This document shows positions 18,486-27,724 of a DNA stretch of 64,000 bases, one piece after another (position 1 is the stretch's first letter; each line of letters starts with the position of its first letter). Where the stretch lies: positions 608,001 through 672,000 of the forward strand of contig OZ241892.1 of the NCBI GenBank assembly GCA_965203485.1. The letters are read 5' to 3'. Origin of the DNA: Longimicrobiales bacterium (GTDB lineage: Bacteria; Gemmatimonadota; Gemmatimonadetes; Longimicrobiales; Gaopeijiaceae). The translations under genes and the position numbers were made by a program. The notes beneath the pieces are model-generated. The model saw only the letters and a program-made list of their open reading frames with translations. It did not search any database and had not been told where the DNA came from.

Positions 18486-21400
18486 CGGCCTCTCCGCTTG
18501 ATCGCCGCGTCCAGCGCTTCCCCCATCGTCCCCGCCTCCGTGATCTCGGTGAACGCCCAGCGGCCGAAGCCGCCCAGGTTGTTCACACCGGGTACCCAAT
18601 AGGCGTTCATGGCGTTCCTCTTGGCGTTGGCGTCCTCTCGGCGACGGCCCTTGATCTCCACGATCAGGTTCAGCAGCTCGTCGGCGCCGCGGCCGTCGTC
18701 CACCTGCAAGATAAAGTCGGGGACGTAGATGCGCGATGCCGAGCCGTCGCGGTAGGGGACCTCGAGGCCCAGCCCTTGGTTCTTCACGTAGGCGCGGACG
18801 CGGGGGTCGGCCTCGGCCACGCGGCAGAACTCCAGCTCCCAGTCGCTGTCGCAGACGGCCCAGTTCACGTGGCAGAGGTCGGCGGCGGTCTTCCAGCGAC
18901 GGGTCTTGGACGTGGTGAAGCGCACGGCGGCGGTGGAGCCCCAGGGGTTGTAGGGGTCCAGCATCGCCTTGACCGGGCTGTCGCCCTCGTGGCGCGACAC
19001 TATGCCCTGGTGAATGAGTTCGCAGGCCCTGTCAGCCAACTCCTGGTACATGAGCTGGGCTGGGAAGGCGCCGCCGGTGCACTCCAGATGGCGGTCCAAC
19101 CAGCGGCGGGTGATCTGCTTGAGCTGGCCGAACAGGTACAGCTTGGGCTCCTCGTCCGCGTCCCGCCACTTGGTCTCGAGCAGCCGCCAAGTGAGTTCGT
19201 AGACGAGCGTGTTCGTGCGCACGTTCTCCAACCCTTCCAACGTCAGGTCCACCCCCATGCCGATGATGCCCTGGTTGCGGGTTCGCGTAGGACCGACCAG
19301 CTCCGGCGTGAGCTCCAAGGTCGAGTGGTCGTCGAAGGTGGCCGACAACCGCTCCTCGGGAAGCTCCACGCGGTAGCCCTGCACTCGGGGGAAGTGGAGT
19401 TCGCAGGCGTTGCGCTCCGGGACGACGGCCCGCACTTCGACCGTCTCCCGGGGCGGCTGGGGCGGCGCCACAACGGGCTCGGCGGTGAAGTCGAAGGGGA
19501 TGCCCAGCACGTCGGCGTACTCGACGTTGAACCGGTCTTCGTCGTTCAGGTCGTAGGACTGCCGACGGAGCGCCCGGCCCACGACCTGCTCGCACAGCAG
19601 CTGGGTTCCGAAGGCGCGGACGCCCAGCACGTGGGTCACATTGTTGGCGTCCCAGCCCTCGGTGAGCATCGACACCGACACCACGCACCGGATGCCGCCG
19701 CCCAGCCGGTCCGCCTTGCCGACCGTGTTCATGACCTCGCGCAGGATGTCGGAGTCGGACAGGTTCTCGGCTTGCCGGCGGTCGCCGGTGCGCTGGACGA
19801 TCTCGCGCCGAAACTGCTCGATCTCGGAGGCGGCGGCCTTGCGGAAGCTCTTGTCCAGGGCTTCGCCGGATTCGAGCTGCTCGCTGTCGATGAGCAACGT
19901 GCGGGGGCGGTCGAGGCGGACGCCGTTCTCGTCGAAGTTCTGGAAGAGGGAGAGACGGCCGTTGTGCAGCCGCTGGCGTCCCTTGTCCGAATCAGGCACA
20001 AGGAAGCCGGAGACGTAGTCGAACACCAGCTTCGACGTGGACGTGTTGTTGCACACGATGATGAAGCAGGGCGGCACCTCGGTGTCGGCCTGCTCCCACA
20101 GCTTGAAGACCTTCTCGTAGTTGCCGTAGAGGGCGTCCAGGGCCGTCTGGAGTTGCACGGGCAGATTGCGGGGATCCAGGGGGTGGCGTTCTTGCTTCTT
20201 GCCCCGTCCCTTCTTGGGCATCTTCTTGCCGATGTGCTCCCACAGGTTGCGGAACTTGGGCATGTCGCCGCCGGGAATGTTGTCGGCGATCGGCACTCGG
20301 GGCAGCTTGACGATGCCGGACTCGATGGCGTCCATCAGCGAGAAGTCGCTCATCGTCCATGGGAAGAGGGTGCCTTCGGCGTAGCCCGATCCGCGCAGGA
20401 AGAACGGCGTCGCCGACAGGTCCACGACGCGCAGGACGCCCAGCTTGCGCTGCACCGCCTCCAGGCCCGAAATCCACACGCGGGCCGCTTCCTTGTTCTT
20501 CTTGGCCTCCTGCAGGTCGTCGCCTTGGAGGCGGCCTTCCTCGCTGGCTTCCGGCGGCCTCTCCCGGTAGCAGTGGTGCCCCTCGTCGTTGAAGACCATG
20601 ACGCGCTTCATGCCCATCAGCTCGGGCATCACGCGCTGGAGCATCTGGCCTTCGGTCTCCGTCGTGCGGATCGCCGGCCCCTTGCCTCTTCCTTGCAGGA
20701 GCGCGCGGCCGCCCCTCGACAGCTTCATCTTTTCGCGCTGGATGAAGGCGTGCCAGTTGGTGATCACGACCTTGGCGCGGTCCAAGTCGCGCTGCATATC
20801 GGCCGGCACCAGCTCGCGGGATTTGTAGTAGCTGTTCGGGTCGTTGGGGAGCAGCACGCGCAGGCGGTCGCGGATCGTGATGCCCGGCGCGACGACCAGG
20901 AACCCTCGCGTGAATCGCGGGCTGCCGGGATGGCGCACGGCGTTGATCGTCTGCCACGCGATGAGCATGGCCATGACCGTGGTCTTGCCGGCGCCGGTTG
21001 CCAGCTTGAGGGCCAAGCGGGAAAGGTCCGGGTTGGCGTCGCGGCTGGCGTCTTCCAGGTGTTGGAGCAGTTCGCGCCCCGCCTTGGTTCGCTGCGCCAC
21101 CTCCGTGAACCACACGACCGTCTCGGCGGCCTCGACTTGGCAGAAGAAAGGGCGGACGCCGCTGAACCGGTGCGACCGCCAGTGGCGCAAGATGCGCGCC
21201 GTCTCGGGTGTGACGCGCCCGTCGTTGGGATCCGGGACGGCCCGCCAGCGGGTCACGTGGTCGCGCACGCGGTTGATCACGTCCTTCAGGTACTGCTGGT
21301 CGGTCGTGGAGAGGCCCCGCCCTTCGTCCAGCACCATCATGGCCTGCTCCGAGCCGACGACCGTGCCCGTGGTGCCCCTGCCGGCGCGGCGCGGCTTGGG

Positions 21401-21541
21401 GACGGGCGTCACGAAGTCGGCCGGCCGTCGGCTGGCGACGACCTCGTGGGTGGGCTGCCCGTCGCCGTCCAAGCGCCAGTGGCGGTCCGGTGCCTTGTAG
21501 GGCGAGTTCAGGACGGGGCGCTCGAAGAATTTGGCGTTCAC
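18482..21541 (-). CDS. res: Type III restriction endonuclease/helicase subunit (Res, BPTD_3080-like)
   Basis: ATGAGKT, NDEGH, LSATP, MLTEGWD, QVVGRALRR, and a C-terminal YVKN...PDF...VEIKG nuclease. Confidence 0.92.
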   Translation of the reverse strand: MNAKFFERPVLNSPYKAPDRHWRLDGDGQPTHEVVASRRPADFVTPVPKPRRAGRGTTGTVVGSEQAMMVLDEGRGLSTTDQQYLKDVINRVRDHVTRWRAVPDPNDGRVTPETARILRHWRSHRFSGVRPFFCQVEAAETVVWFTEVAQRTKAGRELLQHLEDASRDANPDLSRLALKLATGAGKTTVMAMLIAWQTINAVRHPGSPRFTRGFLVVAPGITIRDRLRVLLPNDPNSYYKSRELVPADMQRDLDRAKVVITNWHAFIQREKMKLSRGGRALLQGRGKGPAIRTTETEGQMLQRVMPELMGMKRVMVFNDEGHHCYRERPPEASEEGRLQGDDLQEAKKNKEAARVWISGLEAVQRKLGVLRVVDLSATPFFLRGSGYAEGTLFPWTMSDFSLMDAIESGIVKLPRVPIADNIPGGDMPKFRNLWEHIGKKMPKKGRGKKQERHPLDPRNLPVQLQTALDALYGNYEKVFKLWEQADTEVPPCFIIVCNNTSTSKLVFDYVSGFLVPDSDKGRQRLHNGRLSLFQNFDENGVRLDRPRTLLIDSEQLESGEALDKSFRKAAASEIEQFRREIVQRTGDRRQAENLSDSDILREVMNTVGKADRLGGGIRCVVSVSMLTEGWDANNVTHVLGVRAFGTQLLCEQVVGRALRRQSYDLNDEDRFNVEYADVLGIPFDFTAEPVVAPPQPPRETVEVRAVVPERNACELHFPRVQGYRVELPEERLSATFDDHSTLELTPELVGPTRTRNQGIIGMGVDLTLEGLENVRTNTLVYELTWRLLETKWRDADEEPKLYLFGQLKQITRRWLDRHLECTGGAFPAQLMYQELADRACELIHQGIVSRHEGDSPVKAMLDPYNPWGSTAAVRFTTSKTRRWKTAADLCHVNWAVCDSDWELEFCRVAEADPRVRAYVKNQGLGLEVPYRDGSASRIYVPDFILQVDDGRGADELLNLIVEIKGRRREDANAKRNAMNAYWVPGVNNLGGFGRWAFTEITEAGTMGEALDAAIKRRGR

Positions 21542-21600
21542 CGGGTGCGCCGCTCCTCAAGACAAGTCGGAAATCGCCGGACGACGCAAGGTAGGCTGGC

Positions 21601-22503
21601 TCATGGCGCGAATCGTACGTAGTCCGCTGCGACGCAGTCAATCGCGATCCGACGCCGCACCTCGGCCTCCCGCCAATCCGCCGCCACGGCCGCGACCATG
21701 CCCGGCGCGGTCGCCAACCCGGTCACGGTCCAGTCTTCCGCGCTCTCGCCCGAAACGGCCGAGTCGGCGAGTCCCCCGCGTTGCCCAGGGCGGCCGCCCT
21801 CGCCTGCGGACATGTCCACCGAAAACGAACGAAACGACGTCGCTAGCCCCGACCCCAGCGCCTTGGCGAACGCCTCCTTGCGGGTCCAAATGGCGAAGAA
21901 CGCCGCATCGGCCGCGCCCTCGTCGGCGGCCGCCAGCCAGGCCCGCTCTCCGGGCGCGAGCCATCGCGCCGCCATGGTCTTCAGCCGCCGCACCGGACGA
22001 ATCCGCTCGACGTCCACGCCCACGCGCCCCCGGGCCGACACAGCGATCAGCAAGCGCTTGCCCGAATGCGACACGCTGAACGAGGGGCCGCCGGGCAAGA
22101 AGGGCTTGCCGTGCTTCCCGTAGCTGAATCTGATGTCGCGGGCGGCGGTGTTGGTCAGCGGCGCCAGCGCCGATCGCAGGCAGGCGCGTCCCGTCACGAA
22201 GCGACTGCGCGCACCAGCGTCGTTCATGCGCTCCGCCCGGGCGCGTTCGTCGTTCGGGAGCAGGGCCCAGGCGCCCGCCTCGCCGGCCTTCGGGTTCGCC
22301 GCTCCGTCGTCCGCGCCGCCCGGCTCGCCGGCCAAGCCGGCCTCCAACACGTAGACGACGCCGGGCCGCAGCGCTTCGGGCCAGGATCCTTGGGCGGCGA
22401 GTCTCGGGCCGCGGCGGAAGGAAGACAAGAACTCTCCGTTGGCGCCGATTCCGATGTTGGGCGAGATATGCCGAACCGCTCGCGCTGAAGGTCGCACGGG
22501 CAT
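21601..22503 (-). CDS. Sfp-type 4'-phosphopantetheinyl transferase
   Basis: GKP, FSVSHSG, VGVDVE, WTRKEAFAKALG. Start uncertain and may be as late as about 22350. Confidence 0.88.
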   Translation of the reverse strand: MPVRPSARAVRHISPNIGIGANGEFLSSFRRGPRLAAQGSWPEALRPGVVYVLEAGLAGEPGGADDGAANPKAGEAGAWALLPNDERARAERMNDAGARSRFVTGRACLRSALAPLTNTAARDIRFSYGKHGKPFLPGGPSFSVSHSGKRLLIAVSARGRVGVDVERIRPVRRLKTMAARWLAPGERAWLAAADEGAADAAFFAIWTRKEAFAKALGSGLATSFRSFSVDMSAGEGGRPGQRGGLADSAVSGESAEDWTVTGLATAPGMVAAVAADWREAEVRRRIAIDCVAADYVRFAP

Positions 22504-22565
22504 GCCGCCGGTGTCCACCACGGCGGGCAACTGGCCGCCGGGATGCGAACGGCTATCTTGTGCCC

Positions 22566-25142
22566 ATGACGCGCAACGCCGGACCGCGCGGCCGCCCGCT
22601 CCCCTGGTGGGTCCCGGCCACGCTCTACTTGGCCGCGACGGTCGTGCTCTTTGCCGAGTTCATCTTTTCGGACCTGATGCTCTTCGGGCTCGACACGGTC
22701 GAGTCGGGCGGCTACATGGCGCGGGCGTACTTCGCCGAACAGCTGACGAAGGGCGACTTTCCGCTGTGGGGCACGCGCCAGTACGGCGGCATTCCGTTCC
22801 TCGAGGCGCTGTCGGGCGGGGACGCCATCTACCCCACCAGCCTTCTGCTCTTCCTCGCCGAGACGTACCGCGCATTGGGGTGGAAGCTGGTGTTGCACGT
22901 GCTGGCGGCCGGCTTCTTCATGCACGGTTGGATTCGCGGCCTGGGGCTGGACCGGCGCGCGGCGACAGTGGCCGGGCTGGCGTGGACGCTGGCGCCGGTG
23001 ATGGTCACGTTGGTGCTGCCCGGCAACGACGGGAAGCTGATGGTCGCCGCGCTCGCGCCGTCGGTGTTCTGGGCTGCGGAGTCGGTCATGCGCAGGCCGT
23101 CGGGACGGAGCGGGGCGGGGCTGGCGGGCGCGGTGGCCCTGACCTGCCTCACGACCCAGTTCCAGACGGCGTACTTCCTCTTCCTCTCCGCAGGTGCGTA
23201 CGCAACGTTCCGAACCGTGCAGCGGTGGCGGAAGGGCGCGACCGCTGCACGCCGCCTTCATCCGGCGGCGGTCTTCTTGGGGAGCGCGCTTCTGGGCGGC
23301 GGGCTGGCGGCGTTCCAGCTGCTCCCGGCGGCCGGCTACGTGACCGAGGCTTCGCGCAGGACCGCAACGACGGTCGACGCGTCGCCCGAGGAAGCGCGCA
23401 CCTACTCCAGTTCGTGGTCTCTTCACCCGGAAGAGGCTTTGTCGCTGGTCGTTCCCGAGTTCGTCGGCAACAGCGTGGCCGACGCCGAGTGGGGCGACGG
23501 CACCTACTGGGGGCGCAACGCGTTCAAGTTCAACCACGAGTACGTGGGCGTCACGGTTCTGGTGTTGGCGGTCTTTGCGCTGACGGGGGCTCGGCGGCGG
23601 ACAGGACGCGGGCCGGGCAAGAGGCGGGGAGCCGGACCGCGACCCGGACGGGGTGCGCGACGCGAGCAGAACGGGTCCCCGTCGGGCGCGTCGTCCGGCC
23701 TCCGCTGGTTCATGGGCGGGATGGGCTTGACTTGGTTCCTCTTCGCCTTGGGCGCTCACACGCCTGTCTGGAGGCTGTTCTACGAAGTCGTGCCGGGAGT
23801 CTCCCTCTTCCGCGCCCCGGCGCTGGCGGCGTTCCTGGTCAGTTTCGGGGCGACCACCCTTGCGGCCGTCGGCGTGGACGACCTTGCACGGACCAAGCCG
23901 TCGCCGGGCGCCTTCCTGGCAAGCGCTCGGGGGCGGGCGGCGCTCGGGGTCGTCGGGTTGCTGCTGCTCGGGCTGATTCTTCAGTCTTCCGGCGTGCTGG
24001 ACCGCTTCTGGACGACCGTGGTGCATCCGGATGTCGGCGCCGACGCCCGGGTTGCGGCGGCACTGGCTAGGCTGGAGCCCTTCGCCACCCGGGGGTTCGG
24101 GATCGCGCTGGCGCTGGCCGGACTGGCGGTTGCGATCCTTTGGGCGGCCTCGGAAGGGAAACTGTCCACGACCACCGCGGTCGTCGCCGTGGCGAGCCTG
24201 ATCGCCCTGGACCTGGGCCGGATCGACCGGGCCTTCGTGACCACCTTCGATTTCCATGCCTGGGCGGCTCCCGACGCCAACGCCCGCTTTCTGGCCGATC
24301 GGAAGGAACGCGCTCCGCCTTTTCGGGTCGCCGACCTGCGGGGCAGCATCCAGAACGTCGAGTACGCCATGCACGGGCAAGACCTCGTCGGCGGACACCA
24401 CCCGAACGACTTGGTCCGGTACCGGCAGCTGCTGGGCCTCACGGGCGGCGAGGCGGCCGGCGCCAACACCAATCACCCGAACGTGTTGCGGATGCTCAAC
24501 GTCAAGTACGTCGTCTGGCCGTTGGCACAAGCGGGACGAGACCCCTGGGAGGGCGCCCAGGCGCTCAGCGCCGCTGCCGGAGGAGACGAAGCCGTCTACC
24601 CGTACCCGGGCCTGGAAAGAGCGTGGGTGGTTGGGTCGGCGGCCGTCGTGGACGGCGAAGATGCCGCGCTGGCCCGAATTCTGTCTCGCGACTTCGATCC
24701 GGCCCGGGAAGCGGTCGTGTCCCAGCCGGGGCCGGAGTTCGCCATGGCGCTGGCGACTCTTTCCGCTTCCGGTGAAGACGCCGCGCCCGCGACGGGCGCC
24801 GTCGTCTGGGAGGTTGCCGGACAGGATTACCGGCGAATGAAGGTGACCACCGATCGTCCTGGACTGCTGGTCGTCTCCGAGAACTGGTTTCCCGGATGGA
24901 TGGCCGAGGTCGACGGGGCGCCGGCCGAAGTCCATCGCGTGAACTTGACGCTTCAAGCCGTTGCGTTGCCGTCGGCGGGCGAACACGTGGTCGCGTTGCG
25001 CTACACGGCGCCTACGGTGCGGCGCGCCTTCTGGATTAGCGCGGCCTCGGCCCTCGCCGTCGGACTCATGCTGGCGACCCCGGCGCTTTCCGCGGCCCGT
25101 GGCCGCCGTTCGGCGATCCGCCTGGAGGGAGACTCCGCATGA
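22566..25142 (+). CDS. YfhO-like polytopic membrane protein (GT-C-type glycosyltransferase candidate)
   Basis: FPLWGTRQYGGIPF, many TM segments, LRMLNVKYVV, GLLVVSENWFPGWMAEVDG...ALRY. Confidence 0.8.
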   Translation: MTRNAGPRGRPLPWWVPATLYLAATVVLFAEFIFSDLMLFGLDTVESGGYMARAYFAEQLTKGDFPLWGTRQYGGIPFLEALSGGDAIYPTSLLLFLAETYRALGWKLVLHVLAAGFFMHGWIRGLGLDRRAATVAGLAWTLAPVMVTLVLPGNDGKLMVAALAPSVFWAAESVMRRPSGRSGAGLAGAVALTCLTTQFQTAYFLFLSAGAYATFRTVQRWRKGATAARRLHPAAVFLGSALLGGGLAAFQLLPAAGYVTEASRRTATTVDASPEEARTYSSSWSLHPEEALSLVVPEFVGNSVADAEWGDGTYWGRNAFKFNHEYVGVTVLVLAVFALTGARRRTGRGPGKRRGAGPRPGRGARREQNGSPSGASSGLRWFMGGMGLTWFLFALGAHTPVWRLFYEVVPGVSLFRAPALAAFLVSFGATTLAAVGVDDLARTKPSPGAFLASARGRAALGVVGLLLLGLILQSSGVLDRFWTTVVHPDVGADARVAAALARLEPFATRGFGIALALAGLAVAILWAASEGKLSTTTAVVAVASLIALDLGRIDRAFVTTFDFHAWAAPDANARFLADRKERAPPFRVADLRGSIQNVEYAMHGQDLVGGHHPNDLVRYRQLLGLTGGEAAGANTNHPNVLRMLNVKYVVWPLAQAGRDPWEGAQALSAAAGGDEAVYPYPGLERAWVVGSAAVVDGEDAALARILSRDFDPAREAVVSQPGPEFAMALATLSASGEDAAPATGAVVWEVAGQDYRRMKVTTDRPGLLVVSENWFPGWMAEVDGAPAEVHRVNLTLQAVALPSAGEHVVALRYTAPTVRRAFWISAASALAVGLMLATPALSAARGRRSAIRLEGDSA

Positions 25143-25384
25143 GCGACGTGTCGTCGAAGCTGGAGCAGACCTTTAAGCGCGTTTTCGGTCTTCCTGCCGA
25201 TGCCGACGTCCGCTCCATGTCGGGGGAGACCCATGCCCGGTGGGACTCGATCGGCCACATCACCTTGATCTTGGCGGTCGAACAAGAATTCTCCATTGCG
25301 CTTGCGCCGGAAGAAGTGTCGGACGCGTGCACGTACGAGGCCATGGAGGCGCTCGTGAGACGCAAAGTCGGCATGCCGGAGTGA
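25139..25384 (+). CDS. Acyl carrier protein
   Basis: 81 aa, acidic, WDSIGH phosphopantetheine motif followed by LILAVEQEFSI. Confidence 0.88.
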   Translation: MSDVSSKLEQTFKRVFGLPADADVRSMSGETHARWDSIGHITLILAVEQEFSIALAPEEVSDACTYEAMEALVRRKVGMPE

Positions 25385-26281
25385 GCAAGGGGGGGGGGGG
25401 GGGGGGGGGGAGTGCTAGCGTTTCGCTTCGACATTGATTCTTCGCGGTGCCTCAAGGAGGGCGTGCCGCGCTTGCGAAGACTTGCGCGCGCTCGGGGCGT
25501 TCGATTCACGTTCTTCGTGACGATGGGGCGCGCCGCCGACATCGGCTCCGCGCTTCGACGATGTTGTTTTCGGCTTTGCGGGGGACAGCCGCCTGGAGGT
25601 CGCCGCGGTGTGTTTGAGCAAGGCCCGCGCCTCTCGACCGCTCGGAAGCTGGGCTTGCGCCATTATCTGGAGACGATCGCGCTCAACCCGGTCTTGGGGA
25701 CCAAGTACCGGGAGGATATCGACGCGCTCTTCGAGGACGGGCACGAACTCGGTCTGCACGGAGGCGCCAATCACGGCACGTGGCAACACACCGTCCATCG
25801 ACTTGGCGCCGAACAGATCAAAGCGTTGTTGCGTCCCGCGCTGGACGAGTTCGCGGGCCGCTACGGTCCGCCGAGGGGATTTGCGGCACCGGGATTCGCA
25901 ACGAACGAGCGTGTGCTCGATGTGCTGGATCAAGAGGGATTCATGTATTCGGGCGACATGCCCGGCGAACATCCCGTTAGGCCGTTGAAGAGTTGCGGCG
26001 AAAGACATCTGCACTATCAGGTACCGGTGAATGTCGTCGGCCAGAGTCGTGTCCCGCTCATCGAGCAGGGATTGGCCTGTGGCCACGACGCAGCCCGCAT
26101 AGCTGAAGACATGGTGGCGAAGATTCGCAGACGTCGCTTCGCGCTGGTGTACGAGCACCCCTACGTTGCCGGCATCCACGACGAGGTGTTGGACAAGGTC
26201 ATCGAGCGGGTAGAGGGAGACCACGACATTGTGACCGTCGAGGAATACTTGGCGGAATGGAAGCGCCGCCAGGATGAGTAG
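25381..26281 (+). CDS. Polysaccharide deacetylase (CE4/NodB-like); 5' end interrupted by poly-G
   Basis: AFRFDID, FTFFVTMG, GHELGLHGGANH, GFAAPG. The coupled GTG at 25381 is 1 nt out of frame with the body, which can alternatively start at GTG 25412. Confidence 0.82.
25389..25410 (+). repeat. G22 homopolymer tract
   Basis: GTGAGCAA-G22-AGTGCTA read directly from the sequence. Confidence 0.9.
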
Positions 26282-26750
26282 GTTGCTGCGCTATGCGGCT
26301 TCGATGTTGCCGTTTCCGCTCGGCTGGCGAGCCGCCCTGTACCGGGCGTCGGGCATGAAGGTGGGACCGCTCTCGACGATCGATCGCAACCTGCACGTCA
26401 CCCGAGCCGACTTGATCGAAATCGGGTCGCGCGTCACGATCGCAAACGCCGTGTCGATCCTGGCCGACATGACGGCGGTCCACTCCCGCCTCGAGAAGGT
26501 GTACGGCATCCAGAAAGGCGGCCCAGTGGTCGTCGAGGACGACGCCTACATCGGCACGAAGGCGACGATCCTGCCCAACGTGCGGATCGGGCGCATGGCC
26601 ACCGTGGCGGCGAACACCCTGGTCACGACCGACGTGCCGCCCCGCGGGGTGGTGATCGGCGTGCCCGGCAGGGTGATCATGATCCGCCCCTTTAAGGAAC
26701 GCCGGTCGCCGGAAAGCCGGTCCGGCACGGCCGCGCCGAAGCGCCGATGA
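26274..26750 (+). CDS. Hexapeptide-repeat (left-handed beta-helix) O-acyltransferase
   Basis: GPVVVEDDAYIGTKATILPNVRIGRMATVAANTLVTTDVP...GVPGR. Confidence 0.88.
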   Translation: MSRLLRYAASMLPFPLGWRAALYRASGMKVGPLSTIDRNLHVTRADLIEIGSRVTIANAVSILADMTAVHSRLEKVYGIQKGGPVVVEDDAYIGTKATILPNVRIGRMATVAANTLVTTDVPPRGVVIGVPGRVIMIRPFKERRSPESRSGTAAPKRR

Positions 26751-27724
26751 AGACGTCGCTGGGGACGAATGACGGGCGCCGGGCGGACAGGAGGCTAGCG
26801 GCGCTGGCCGCGAAGCTGGCGCTGACGGCGCTGGTCGCATGGTTTGTCTGGCGGAGCGTCGACACGCAACTGGCCGAAATCGGGACGCTCGACTGGATGG
26901 CGGTGGACGTGGACGTGCCGTTGCTGCTGTTGTCCGTCGCGGTGCTTTTTGGAGAGTTGGCTTTGGGCGGCTGGCTGTGGTCTACGCTGGTCAAGCGCCT
27001 TGGGGGACCGCGTGTTCCCGTGCCGACCGCCGCGGCGGTCATCGTCTTGGCCAACTTTGGCCGCTACGTTCCTGGGAAGGTGCTGAACATCGTGGGAGTG
27101 GCGGCCCTGGCCGGCCGGGCGCACTGCCCAGTGCCCGTTGCAACCGCGGCGGCGGTTCTCGGCCAGATGATGCACCTGCTGGGAGCGGCGGTGGTCGGCG
27201 GATGGGCGATGCTTCAGCTGTCGGACGTCTCTCCCCGCCCCGCCGTGGCGGTCGGCGCGGCATTCTTGATCGCGGCGGTCGGCCTGACGCGCCATGGACG
27301 CGGGCAGGCGGCGTTGGCCTGGATGCTGAGCCGGATCGATCGGCGACGGCCTTCCGGTGCAGCGTTGGACTTTCGATCGATGGCCGGCCTCGCGCCGTTG
27401 CGGTGGATCGCAGCTTTCGCCGCGAAGTGGTTCATCTACGGACTTGCGTTCTTCCTGCTTGCCAAGAGCTTCGGAGCGGACGGCTCGTTTCTCTTCTACA
27501 CGACCGTCTTCGCCGGCGCGTACCTGGCAGGCTATGTCGCCGTGCTGGCTCCCGCGGGCGTGGGCGTTCGAGAGGCCGCGCTTGTGGCGATGCTGGCGCC
27601 CTTGCTCGGTTCCGGCCCGAGCGTCGTCCTGGCCGTCGCTCAGCGCGCGTGGATCACCGCGTTCGAGCTGGTCGCGGCTCCGGGCTGCGTGGCGGTGTTC
27701 TGGCGGCGAAGCCGCAAAGCGTGA
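26747..27724 (+). CDS. Lysylphosphatidylglycerol-synthase-TM/UPF0104 flippase-like membrane protein
   Basis: NFGRYVPGK, APAGVGVREAA, AVAQR, about 8 TM segments. Confidence 0.82.
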   Translation: MKTSLGTNDGRRADRRLAALAAKLALTALVAWFVWRSVDTQLAEIGTLDWMAVDVDVPLLLLSVAVLFGELALGGWLWSTLVKRLGGPRVPVPTAAAVIVLANFGRYVPGKVLNIVGVAALAGRAHCPVPVATAAAVLGQMMHLLGAAVVGGWAMLQLSDVSPRPAVAVGAAFLIAAVGLTRHGRGQAALAWMLSRIDRRRPSGAALDFRSMAGLAPLRWIAAFAAKWFIYGLAFFLLAKSFGADGSFLFYTTVFAGAYLAGYVAVLAPAGVGVREAALVAMLAPLLGSGPSVVLAVAQRAWITAFELVAAPGCVAVFWRRSRKA

